Source: Chrysomallon squamiferum
Taxonomy: Eukaryota > Animalia > Mollusca
DNA length: 64,000 nt
NCBI GenBank assembly: GCA_012295275.1
Contig: CM022672.1
Span: forward strand, 6,634,001 to 6,698,000
Direction of reading: 5' to 3'
Positions 25,390-41,473 of this stretch are shown here, one piece after another. The first letter of the stretch is position 1, and every line of letters begins with the position of its first letter. The position numbers and the translations under genes were made by a program. The notes under the pieces were generated by a model. It was not told where the DNA came from, did no database searches, and saw only the letters and a program-made list of their open reading frames with translations.

Positions 25390-25836
25390 CAGAGAGAGAG
25401 ACTCAGGGAGAGAGAGAGATTTCACAAACATTATCTTCAGTCTAATGAGTGTCATACTGATTTAAATTATATATACATAATTGATACCAGATTGATAATC
25501 GAATCTGATAAACAACTAGTAAAAGATGTAAAACTTACCAAAAAATAAATTTACAAGAATTTCTATGTCTTCAGATTTGTGTACACAAACAAATATTATA
25601 ACTGTTCCCAGTAACCATGGTATTCCATGACAGCTTATTTCTAACAGTTTCATTAAAGGCCTCAAATGACCCCAAGATTTGTTCGGATGAGCACAGAGAC
25701 TGAAAGCTTGTGACAAACGTTCGTCCATTTTAAGAAGACGAGACAAAACTGAATTTGTATTTGCAGTATTCATCCCAGAATATTTCTTATTTGATGAAGG
25801 CTTCCGTGGAGTCTTCCGAACTCTTGAAGACGTCAT
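24737..25836 (-). CDS. PLPP6: PAP2-family polyisoprenoid diphosphate phosphatase, PLPP6/PLPP7 pro-ortholog, about 226 aa
   Basis: Exons 25539-25836 and 24737-25119 (phase 1). LLEISCHGIPWL motif and intact catalytic motifs C1 KIMVRRERP, C2 SFPSGH and C3 SRVLLGRHHVIDV. The start ATG is uncertain. Confidence 0.9.
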
Positions 25837-25879
25837 CACACCACTAAAGAAATTAGAATGCAATATTTATACTACTCTA

Positions 25880-26301
25880 TTCATTCGGTTTTAGATGAGA
25901 AATGCAATGTTACCAACGAATTTCAGTCAACCGGAAGTTATTTTATATATACTACTAACTATATTTCAATTCCTTTTGAAAGGAGATATAAACGGCTTTT
26001 CAAATAAAATGAAAAGCTTGCAAATACTTAATACTGATACTACTACTATTACTACCACCACTACTACTACTGCTACTACTACTACTACTAATAATAATAA
26101 TACAAAATAAAGCGGTTGTCTAAAAGCTAATGCAATTAACCTAATTTTAAAACAAAATGTCTACATCTCAGTTTCAACGTTCATTCCCATTCCCTTCATC
26201 ATTAAACAGCTTTGTCCAGACAAACTTCAAATGGGTGTGCTTCACAGTCACTTTCAACAAAATGTCCCAACATCAAAAATCCTATTATCAATAACAACTA
26301 C

Positions 26302-26365
<64 letters not shown>

Positions 26366-26383
26366 TAAAAGAACAACAACGAC

Positions 26384-26441
<58 letters not shown>

Positions 26442-26940
26442 TATGTTTGAAAAACTGCTACTTCGCATATATGTTGCATAGAATATAGTTTATCTTCTTA
26501 TTATCCTTTATACCAGAGTACAATATTGGTGAAGTTATTTTAATAACATCTTCAAATTATTATTATCATTATTTTAAAAAATCAGCTATTATAAAACTAA
26601 TATCAAAATGAACTGACTTTGAACAATGGGTTGTAACTATTTATTTATTTCAAAATTTCGAGATTATGGTTGATGATGTCATCACAACAATAGCACATGG
26701 CAACCGCTAGCAGACGACGTATGATTCAAATTTGGTGATATGGATAAAATTAAAATAAAACTCCAATAAGTATCATAGTATGGTCTTTTTCTTTTTGAAA
26801 TGAATATTTATAATGGCTGATTTAGCTATAAAACAGATGTGCCCAAGGCGTCAATGCATTTGCCCGATTTGAATAACAGGACAGTTCGTCTGCTAGAGCC
26901 GTTTGCGACAGTGTGGTGGATGCTAATGGATGTCACTGAG
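25880..26940. promoter_or_regulatory. Divergent promoter region between PLPP6/7 and FAM78
   Basis: Head-to-head ATGs about 1.1 kb apart; ETS/GABP motif CCGGAAGT at 25931-25938. Confidence 0.5.
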
Positions 26941-26946
26941 GACGAC

Positions 26947-31037
<4,091 letters not shown>

Positions 31038-31721
31038 TATTAGGACTTTTGTTTCGAGTTTTTCTAAGGTGCAATATTTGAGCGATTATGGCGATGATAT
31101 GCGAGTAGTGATGTGGGTGCAATCAATATAAACAGAACTGCTCATGCTTGCATGTTTATTACTAAACTTTTGTTTGCTAATACTAATCCAATGAGATGTT
31201 GATCATGCAAATTTAGTTCTGCATGTAGTCCAATCTGTTAGCGGCAGGACACTATTATAAGCATGCTTTTTTTTCAACGTGTAACAGCAAACCTACATTT
31301 ATATATTTAAATAGTAATCTGCAAACTGTGACTTCCTATTGTAAAGCATCACTTTTATTTTTCTTTAAAAAAAAATAAAAAAATAAAATAAAAAATACAA
31401 TACAAAAGAAAATGCCATAAAAAGATTATAATGCAAAAGATATATATGGATATATATATATTAGTATTAATTAAAAAAAAACATTAATTTTTACTTAAAG
31501 TATAGTAGTGTCCTGTTTTTCTATGCTAAAAAATGGCACTCGTTTACATACATACATACACACATTTCTGCAGAGATTTGCAAAATATACTTTTGATAAT
31601 TTCAAATATTTTATGGGTTAAATGTCTAAATAACTTTTTTAAGGGGATTTGTTGTTGTTTTAATTAGACAGGATAGTTTTATATTATGCATATTGCATCA
31701 CAGTTGTTTTGATACATATAT

Positions 31722-31754
<33 letters not shown>

Positions 31755-33414
31755 GAGCTCGTGTGCCATTTCTTAGTGTCGTATGATTTAATTGGGTAAA
31801 TTGTAATTTTATGTTTCTTTTAGTAAAAAAATTTTCGTGTACGTTTTATTTCTCAAAGTACTTTGTAATCTGCATTTTTATAACAATTATTTATATTTAA
31901 TGTAGCATATCTTTAACTGTTTATAGAAATATATTACTTAATTAGTGGTATATGCAGGACATAACGATTGCTTCTACTTTTTAACAATTTTGTTGCAGCT
32001 TGTTTGTTACTTTTTATTTTTCATTTTACATGAAATTATATAAATAAATCATGAGAAGTATTATATACTTGTTTGTTGTTTCTGATAAATTCTTTCATTA
32101 AATTAAATAAATAAAATAATAATAATAATAATAATAAATATAATACAAATAAAAACAAAACCCCAGACATTTAAATTCGGGACAAAACAAGTCATTCAAG
32201 CTCGATTATGCTTTTATTATTAATAAGTATTTATTTAAACTTTTATTAACATTTACAAAGGTTTTCTATAAAAATTTAGTCTATATTAGTATATATTTAA
32301 ATAAAATTAAAAAAAAAAAAAAAAAAAATTCTTGACTGCTAGATGTAAAGTTAAAACTTCAATAGATTCATTTTTTTAATCTCTGTTACTAGAAACAAAT
32401 TTGTCACTAATGTTCTACATGGGTGTTTATTCAATTCTAAAAATTTGAATATATGTGAGAATTTCAGTACAAAAAAATTGTAGTAGCTAATTAATAAAGA
32501 ACGTCTCTACTGAAAGTGAATTTCCGTTATCATAAAACAGGAAAGAAAAATAGACAAACTTATTAAAACAAAAATCACTGACCGCATATACCAGTTGCTG
32601 AAGCTTTACAATTTTGACCATGGACTTTGACTGGAAAGGAAAATAAACAGATGGCTATACCAGGCATGCTAGGTGACAGTGTTAACCAAAATTTACATTA
32701 TCAAGTTTTCTGGACCATGGTTAATATATACTTAACTTATAAAATAAAAAATGAAATGAAAAGAATAAAATTGTATTTAACACATACAAATTAATGTAAA
32801 TCATAAACCCAATTTTCAGAGGCTAGAAAAATTATCTGGTATCTGTGAAACAGTGTTGTTAAATTGAATATAAAAAGTAATATACATTTACCTGCTTATT
32901 AATTTTAGTGTGTATTTGTGCATTTGCCAAAACAAAATAGATAAATACATAAATAAAAATATGGTCAGAAAAAAGATTACAAGTGAGAAAATATTTTTGA
33001 AAATAATCTTAAAACCAGAAATACGTAATGACATATTATTTATAACAATTTATTAATACAAATATTAACATATGAATAGATCAAAATATCAGATAAAACA
33101 GAAGTCAACAGTGGAAATAAAGTCATACATTAAGCAGTACAACTGGTATCAAATCAAATATGTATTTTTATTTCTAATGTCTAATATTTAGTTCAATTAA
33201 CAGATTTTAAAATTTTACTTGTTATTAAATCTAAAACAAAATATCTGAAAACTGACAACAGAGAATATTTTTATTTTGAAATTCAAACATCATTATCACA
33301 AATTCAGTTCAAAAAAGCATACTAAAGTCATATTAATCAGAACTGTAAAAGTAAATATAATGTCATCAGAAATGAAACAACTTTCATGTGAAATTTCTTC
33401 AATCAAGTAACAGA

Positions 33415-36400
33415 TTATCCTCTGTAGCTTGTGAATTGTGGACTTAAATTTGCATTCGAACTACTTCCTGAAAAAATAAAAATAAAATTAAAAATAAATC
33501 ACAACTACTTGCAGCATTTTGTAAAAAAACAAAGCTTTTTAAATGTTAAATTCTCTTAAAAGTATAATTAATATTTTGATGATTTATTCTCAACAAATTT
33601 TCTGAAATAGCATTATTTTAGCTTAAAAATTAGTATGTCAATGTATGTCATATGTTAAGTATATTTATAAGAAAGTTTTGAAACATCAGAATAAAGACAA
33701 CAGAATCTTTCATGTATTTCTAGACCAGTGTTTTTCTCAACAATATTTGTTCAATAAAGGCATCAGATGCAGCTTCAAACATCTGAACATAAATTTTAAA
33801 GTGCAAAGCTATGAAAGTGATCACATATTGATTCATTAATTCTCAGTCCTCATGCAGCACAAAATACTGCCACACCCCACCTTGAGAAACACTGTTCCAG
33901 ACATAGCCAGACATACATACAGCAAGTGTTAAAAGTAAGTATCCAAATAAAATTTAATGTCTGTGTTAAGCAAATAAAGCATTCCTCAGAAATGTAAATT
34001 AATATATGTACACTATCATGATACCATAGACTTTACAATGAAATGAACTGTTAGAATGCAACCACGTTTTTTTAGTATTAAAAACCCCACCCCAAAACAA
34101 CAACAAAGAAACACAATACCCCCCCCTCCACTAATATATTAATTTTAAAACATTTCCTACCTTAAAATAACAGTGGTTTATGAAAAGTATCTGGCAAATT
34201 ATTCAGTCATTTATTTATATGAACACATTAACCAGAAATTAAAATTCAAAATGAGATAAATGCTCATCAGCTTTACAGAAATCAAAATATTAATTTTTGC
34301 ATTTGAAAGAATGAAGAATACATTTTTCATTAACATCACAGTAATACATTTAAATGCCTATTACATGTCGAACAATTTTAATTTTGTACAGAACTGATAT
34401 GAGAGTGAAAATCCATTACTACCAATCCTTGTTCTAAAGATAGCAGCAAGAGATGTATTACCCTCTTTCCCTTAGACAAGATACATGACCTCTGATACAC
34501 TGAAGTGACTAAGTTATAGGTTTAATGTACTAAAGAAATAAACTGAATGTATAATACTGGCTAAAATGTCAAACCTCCAAAAACTGGCGCTGGTGATGAT
34601 GTACCAAACCCAGCACTGCCTCCGAATGGGGCACTTTTCTGTGCCATGTCCCCAAAAGTTGGCACCTCTGTTGACTGTGCCAGGGCTCCAAATGTTGGGC
34701 TGGTGTTTCCAGCAAAACTGAAATTCCAAATAATTATCACATTTATTTCCCCAAATATATAAATTAGTAATTCTTCACAGCAGTGGCATTACAAGTAGTT
34801 ATTTACAGAACTGTTTTACGTTATTTGCTTAACTATAATTTATAATAATTATAAATAAATTCCTGTGCAGTAAAAATATTATACACCTGAACACTGTAGA
34901 GGTTTATAAATTACTTAAAATGGATGGAATGAATCTTAAATAAATTTATCCAAATTTTTAAAGAAAAAAATCAAACAAATCCTAACACAAAACTAAAAGC
35001 TCTGTTATTCTAAATATTATCGGTAATGCTATACTTGACTTTATTTTTATTAACAAAATAATTTTAAATAATCAGAGCAAACTGATAAAAGTAATTTAAT
35101 TCAAGAGATCTATTTGAATAGAATACAGGACAAAAAAAAAAAAATAATAATAATAATAATAATTTAAAATTACCTAGCAAAACTGCCTCCCTGGGCTGAA
35201 GTAGCAGCTGATGATCCAAATGCTCCAACAGGATTGGAAAATGTTGGGGATCCAAAGGTGCCAAAGGTTGGAGCACTGCCAAAAGCAGCTTTGCTGCCAA
35301 ATGCAGAAGATGTACCAAACGCTGGACCTCCACCAAAACTTACTTTAAAAGGAAAGCAATGAAATAAAAATGAGATAATTGTTGTCAACCTGTAAAAATA
35401 AAGCTTAATAGTTTTACATTTTTGCTCTATTGTCTGGATTTACAGTTTGTCTTGGCATACTGAATTTATGAGAATGAAAAAACCTCCTACAACACAGAAT
35501 TTAGAATTCGGCACATTTGACTGAAATAATACATCATTAAAGCAAAAGCAACAGAATTTAGAACCACAATTAAATTAAAACAAAAGCAATGTCCTAGTCC
35601 GTTACTGCAGTTTAAAACTTCTTAAATTTCATTAACAAAATACACACATCAAGATGAAAGCATAGACTATACCATGCAACACATAAAGTACCTGATGGCT
35701 GCTGATTTGGGGCCAGTCCAAAACCACTGGAAGCTACAGATCCCCCACCTGAAGTGAAACTGCCACCAGATCCGAACACATTTGACGATGTATTTGGCGA
35801 ACCAAAAGATGTGTTTTGTTTACCAAACAAAGCTGAAAATAATTAAAATGTTATAAATGCAAAAAAATATCAATTACTAAAAAAATAAAAAGGATGGAAG
35901 AAATATTTTAATTTAATTTCTTTTTTAATTGAAAATATTTTTGTAGCCATAAGGTTAAGGAAAAGAAAATAATTAAAATGTTTATAAATATAAAAAAATA
36001 AAAATAGGATGGATTGAAGAAATGTGTTGTTTTTTTTAAACACATTTTTGTACAGATATATAGTGTCATTCTTAGTTAATGAAAAAAAAAAAAAGTCTGT
36101 GAGCTTCTATTTTAAATTAGCTGTAAGGAATCTTGTATGTTAACCTTCCCATAGTTATGAAAATACATGCCAGTCTTTGATAACCACTGAACACTGGGAC
36201 TGGAATGGTATATAACTATAATAAGATCCTAAGGTGGCTTGATACTAAGACCTATCAAGCATTAATTTTAAGATAATAACATAGAGGATAGAACAAATAT
36301 TTACTGCAATGATATTCAGAAGGAGGTTTGCAAGACAATGATGCCAATCAATCTACAAACATTTTAGAACAGAAATATATAATTTACAAAAAAATATTAA

Positions 36401-39400
36401 TAGTATTTCTCTAACAACTGTTTATGATATTTTAATGTTAATCATTTTGTATAATTATTGTATGAAATGATAAAACTTTCTGGTACACTCAGTGGAACAC
36501 ATTATTTCCGCAACCTTTCATAAGAAGCTAAGACACATACAAGAATGTGATTCAGGTGATGTTCCAAAGGCCTGGTTTCCTCCAAACACATTGGTATTAG
36601 CTTTCTCAGCACTTGGTTTTCCTCCAAGACCTTCAAATAAAGACCCACCACCAAATGCATTCCCTTCAGAGGCATTAGCTGTTGCTGTTCCAAATGCTGA
36701 ACTGTGTAAAAATAACATAAACCATAATGAAACAAAATCAGTTTTACACAGAGCTGCAGTTGCTATGTAATAAGCAAATAGATACCTGATATATCAGTGA
36801 AAGAAACAAGTGGACAAAGAAAAACAGAAACTGAAATTTTGATCATTTTCACTACTGCCATCTGCCAGTTTACTTACTGAATCGCTGCAACTATGAAACA
36901 ATGCATCATGTTTTAGTTTAGTTGACAAATTAACTTATTGAATAGCATTTTCTCATAATTTGACCAATGTAAGAGATTCTTCTTCCTTTTTTTTTTGTTT
37001 TTTTTTTTAATGTTCTTTTAAAATATATTATTTTCTTGTTAAAAGAGTTTGCAATAAATGATTTTAATATTTTTATTATTTTATTTTTTTTACTAATATA
37101 TTTTGTAGTGTATTATTATTACATTTCAAACAGAATTAAAAAAACAAAAATGAGATTAATTAGACAAAGTAATTAAATTAAACCTAGATGAAGATCCAAA
37201 GGCTCCAAATGCTGATGAAGAACCAAACACAGATGATGCTGAAGTGGAATTTCCACCAAATATAGATGTAGGTGTGGTGCTCTTGCCTCCAAAAACAGAA
37301 GTAGTGTTACTGCCAAAAGCAGGAGCAGTTGTTGTTGCTGTACTGCCAAACATTGATGATGGTGATGACGATGTTGCCACGCTTCCAAACACAGAAGACT
37401 GTGTTGTTGTTCCAAACACCGATGATGGTGATGATGTGGTGGCACTGCCTCCAAACAAAGAAGTACCTCCTCCAAAGATGGATGATTCTGTTGTTTTTGC
37501 TGTTCTCCCAAATGAAAAGGCTGATGTTTCAGTTCCAAATCCAGTAGTAGATGTAGCAGTTGTAGTTGTCAAACCTCCAAAAATAGATGCTGATGTTGTT
37601 TTTGATCCTCCTCCAAACAGTGATGCTGAAGTAGTAGCAGAGGCTGTCTGACTACTAAATAAAGGTTGCGAAGATACTGAAGCTGTAGATGTTGGTTCAG
37701 AAGTGATGCTGGCAGACAGAGATGCAAAGGATGATCCAAAGCCACTCTCACCACCACCAAATATTGTAGTCGAAGTTGTCTGAGGCACTGTTGCTGCTGC
37801 TGTAGTCGAGGTTTTATCAACCACACTGTTCGACACAGTGGTCTCTGCTGAAGCACTTGAGGCAGAAGTTGTCAGTCCTGCTCCAAGTAAACCTTCCAAA
37901 ATTGATGACTTGGCAGATCCAGAGTTGGATGATGAAACGCTGGTTATGTCTGGCTGGACAGTGGTAACATTAGATCCTACTGCAGCTTCTTCAGCTGAAG
38001 TGGCACTTACCACTGGTGTGGAAGTATTACTTCTATCATCATTTTCAGCAGATGCTGTGGTCACAGGAAGGACAGATTTGCTTGTATCAGTCGTCTGGTT
38101 GACACCCTTGTTTGATTCTGGTGTCATAAACAATGAACCTGGTGCAGCTGACAATGCTGTCGATTCTGTGTTTGTACTTGAAGGAGATGCTGCTGTTGGT
38201 GATGTTCCTCCAAAAGAACCTCCGCCAAATGCCGACACTGTCGATTCTGTGTTTGTACTTGAAGGAGATGCTGTCGTTGGTGATGTTCCTCCAAAAGAAC
38301 CTCCGCCAAATGCCGACACTGTGGATGAAGATGTTTTCGATGGTTCCGATTTCTGAGAGGTGCTGGTTGAAAAGATTCCAACGTCGCCACCAAAGCTGAA
38401 TCCACTGCTGTTAGTGGGTGCCATCTTGAAGGAGAAACCCAAACTAGCAGAGACTGTAGGAGTAGAAAACGAAAAACCAGCAGCAGCAGCAGACTTGGTG
38501 GATCCGTCTTTGTTAGATTTAGTGTCTTTTACCGAAGTCACTGCTGTTTCTGAATGCTGCTCTGCTACTGTAGCCGGTGTTTTGCTGGTGTTTGAACTGG
38601 CACTCCCACCAAAGGAAAACGCTGTTTTCGGCGACTGAGAAATACTTAATGAAGCAGAATCAGAACCAAAAAGGTTTTTGCTGAGAGCTGGTTTGTTAGA
38701 GATTTGTTCTGATGACACAGCTGGTGGTTTCTGGAAATTCTGTCTCGATTCTACAAAAGACAAAAATAAATATATAAGCATGAACAGATTGATAAGTAGA
38801 ATGGTCCAAAATAAGTATTATAATATGTGACCTTGAGAAACCAAGATTATGAGTTACTTCAAATGGAATAATACATGATAAATGACTAGAAATGACACGA
38901 GTATGTACAGTAATCTACTGTCCTGAAAAAAAGTGAGTTTACGTGTTTTCTTAAATTGAAAAATAAATACATACAACATACTTAATTATTTATATAGCAG
39001 CAGGTAAACAAAAAAACCTTTATCTTTATCTCAACCAATGTTATATTTTTTACATACAGATACATTTCATAATTATACATACATAAAAAATGTATCTGAT
39101 GGTAATCACATGAAACATTTGTGTTCCTTATTAAAAATAACATCAGTTACAAAATAATCAAGATATTCATGAATGTAATTAAGATTCCCAATTTATTATT
39201 TTAAATACTGGAGCAAATCCTTGAAACCTGTTCTTACCATCATTCTGACTTTTTTTCAAATTTTCTGACTGAGTGGTCACGACTGAACTACTGAGTTCGT
39301 ATTGTGGGCCAAATCCTGCTTCATCTTCATCGTCATCCTCCTCATCATCTTCATAATATTCTTCATCATCATCTTCATAGTCCTGAGATCAGAATATATT

Positions 39401-41431
39401 AGTTGAAGAGGACTTCTATGTACCAAAACAATTTCTCATGGAAAAAATACTAAATTTTAATGTAAAACTATAACTTGGAAAAACATTCAATTTTAATGTA
39501 AAACTTGGAAGAACACTAAATTGTAATGTAAAGCTATCTTGGTAGTACACTAAATTTCAGTATAAAATTATAAAGTGTACTAAAACAATTTCTCATGGAA
39601 AAAATACTAATTTTTAATATAAAATTATAACTCGGAAGAACACTAAATTTCAGTGTAAAACTTGGAAGAACACTAAATATTCATGAAAAAATATAACTTG
39701 GAAGAACATTAAATATTAATGTAAAAGTATAACTTGCAAGAACACTAAATGTTAATGTAAAACTATAACTTGGAAGAACACTAAATGTTAATGTAAAGCT
39801 ATAACTTGGAAGAACACTAAATGTTAATGTAAAGCTATAACTTGGAAGAACACTAAATGTTAATGTAAAACTTGCATCTTCTCCAGTCAACCCTTCCTGC
39901 TCATCACTCTCGGGTGTGTTACGTTCTGGGGTGATGTTTTCAAAGCAAGTTTTTGGAATTATCTGGGGTTTCTCTGAAGTTAGTTTCACTGGCTGAGAAG
40001 CAGGAGGGGCAGTTTCAGATGTTGCAGGACCTTTAGAAGACCCTTTGTTTTTCTGTCAAAACGAAAATAGCCATAAACATAATACCACAGGTAATATAGT
40101 AAAAAATACTTTAGAAGAGACTTTGTTTTGCTATTAAAATGAAAAAAAAGCTATGGAATAACATTCACAGTTAAAGTTAAAAATACTTCCGAAGAGAAAA
40201 GAAAAAAGCCATCAAATAGTATACAAATGTAAGTTAACATCAGTGAAATAGGACATGCAAAATACTGATAATTTCTGATGATTAACATTTACTAAGTGAA
40301 AAAATTTTAATAACTAATACTGACCACAATAGTTAAGTTTAATTAAAATTGTCGCAAGTCATTTCATTATGATTATCTTACATTAAATATATTAAATCCT
40401 GAAGCTGGCTGTTCCAAACTCTTGTTGTTCAAAACTGCAGAAGACGTCACTGCAGTGGATACAACAGTTGATGACAACACTGTTGAAGTGGTGGTAGTCA
40501 GTGTTGATGTTGGTGCTGATGTTCCTGTTGAAAGTGTCAACTTCTTAAAAAAGGCCTGGCCTGTGAAAGCTGTTGGAGCAAAGGAGGCCATTGCAGATTG
40601 TGAACTTTTAGGTAACTTGGGCGTTTCTTGTTTTAGTTGACTCAGTTGTGTCTTTGGTGGCTTGCTTGATGACTCAGTCTTTTTGGTAATGGTGTTGCTG
40701 GTGGAAGTTCAGCTATATAAATAAAATTAAAAAATCAATCAATCATTATTGAATGACACCTCAGAATGAAAAAAATATCAGGTTAAGGGATTTAAAACAA
40801 AGGTAAAAGGAATAAATTTTAAAAAATATCAAAGATTCTGTACAAAAGGAAATATTATTATTGTTATTATTATTATTATTATTACACAGATTAAATGATT
40901 TAACACCATTTGCTAATAATGGATTTCAAGAAAAATGTGCATGTTTGTGTATGTATGTGTGCATGTGTGTGAACAATGGCTTTATTTTTGACATCAGATT
41001 TCTTTGGGAATCAAAATTATTCAAATAACAAAAAAATAGACTACTTAAAAATTTTAACACTGAACAAAAATGAGCCAAGATATCTTACACTTAACTCCAT
41101 TTTAATAATAACTAATCTCACCTTAAACACACAGCATTTAGTGAATAAGGGGCAGAGTACAAATAACTGAGATATAAAATTTACACAACTAACAGTGTCT
41201 CTAAAATATTTCATGTACTTGTAGAAAATGTGTCACAGCTGTAGGATAATGAAAAATAATCAACACCAAGGCTTGTTATAAAGTCTGAAACTGCTGAAAT
41301 AGATTAACCAATTCCAGTGTAAATATAATTTTACCTTTGTTAATTTTTTCCTCTTCTGCAACTGCAAGAGCATCTCGGACACTTCGAGCAGCAACAATCT
41401 TCGACATGGACAGATTAGCTGAAGTGTATCA

Positions 41432-41473
<42 letters not shown>

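Noticed and set aside
39420-39875. CRISPR-like appearance of the 36-bp repeats
   Set aside because: The units are contiguous with no unique spacers, lie in a eukaryotic intron and have no cas genes nearby.
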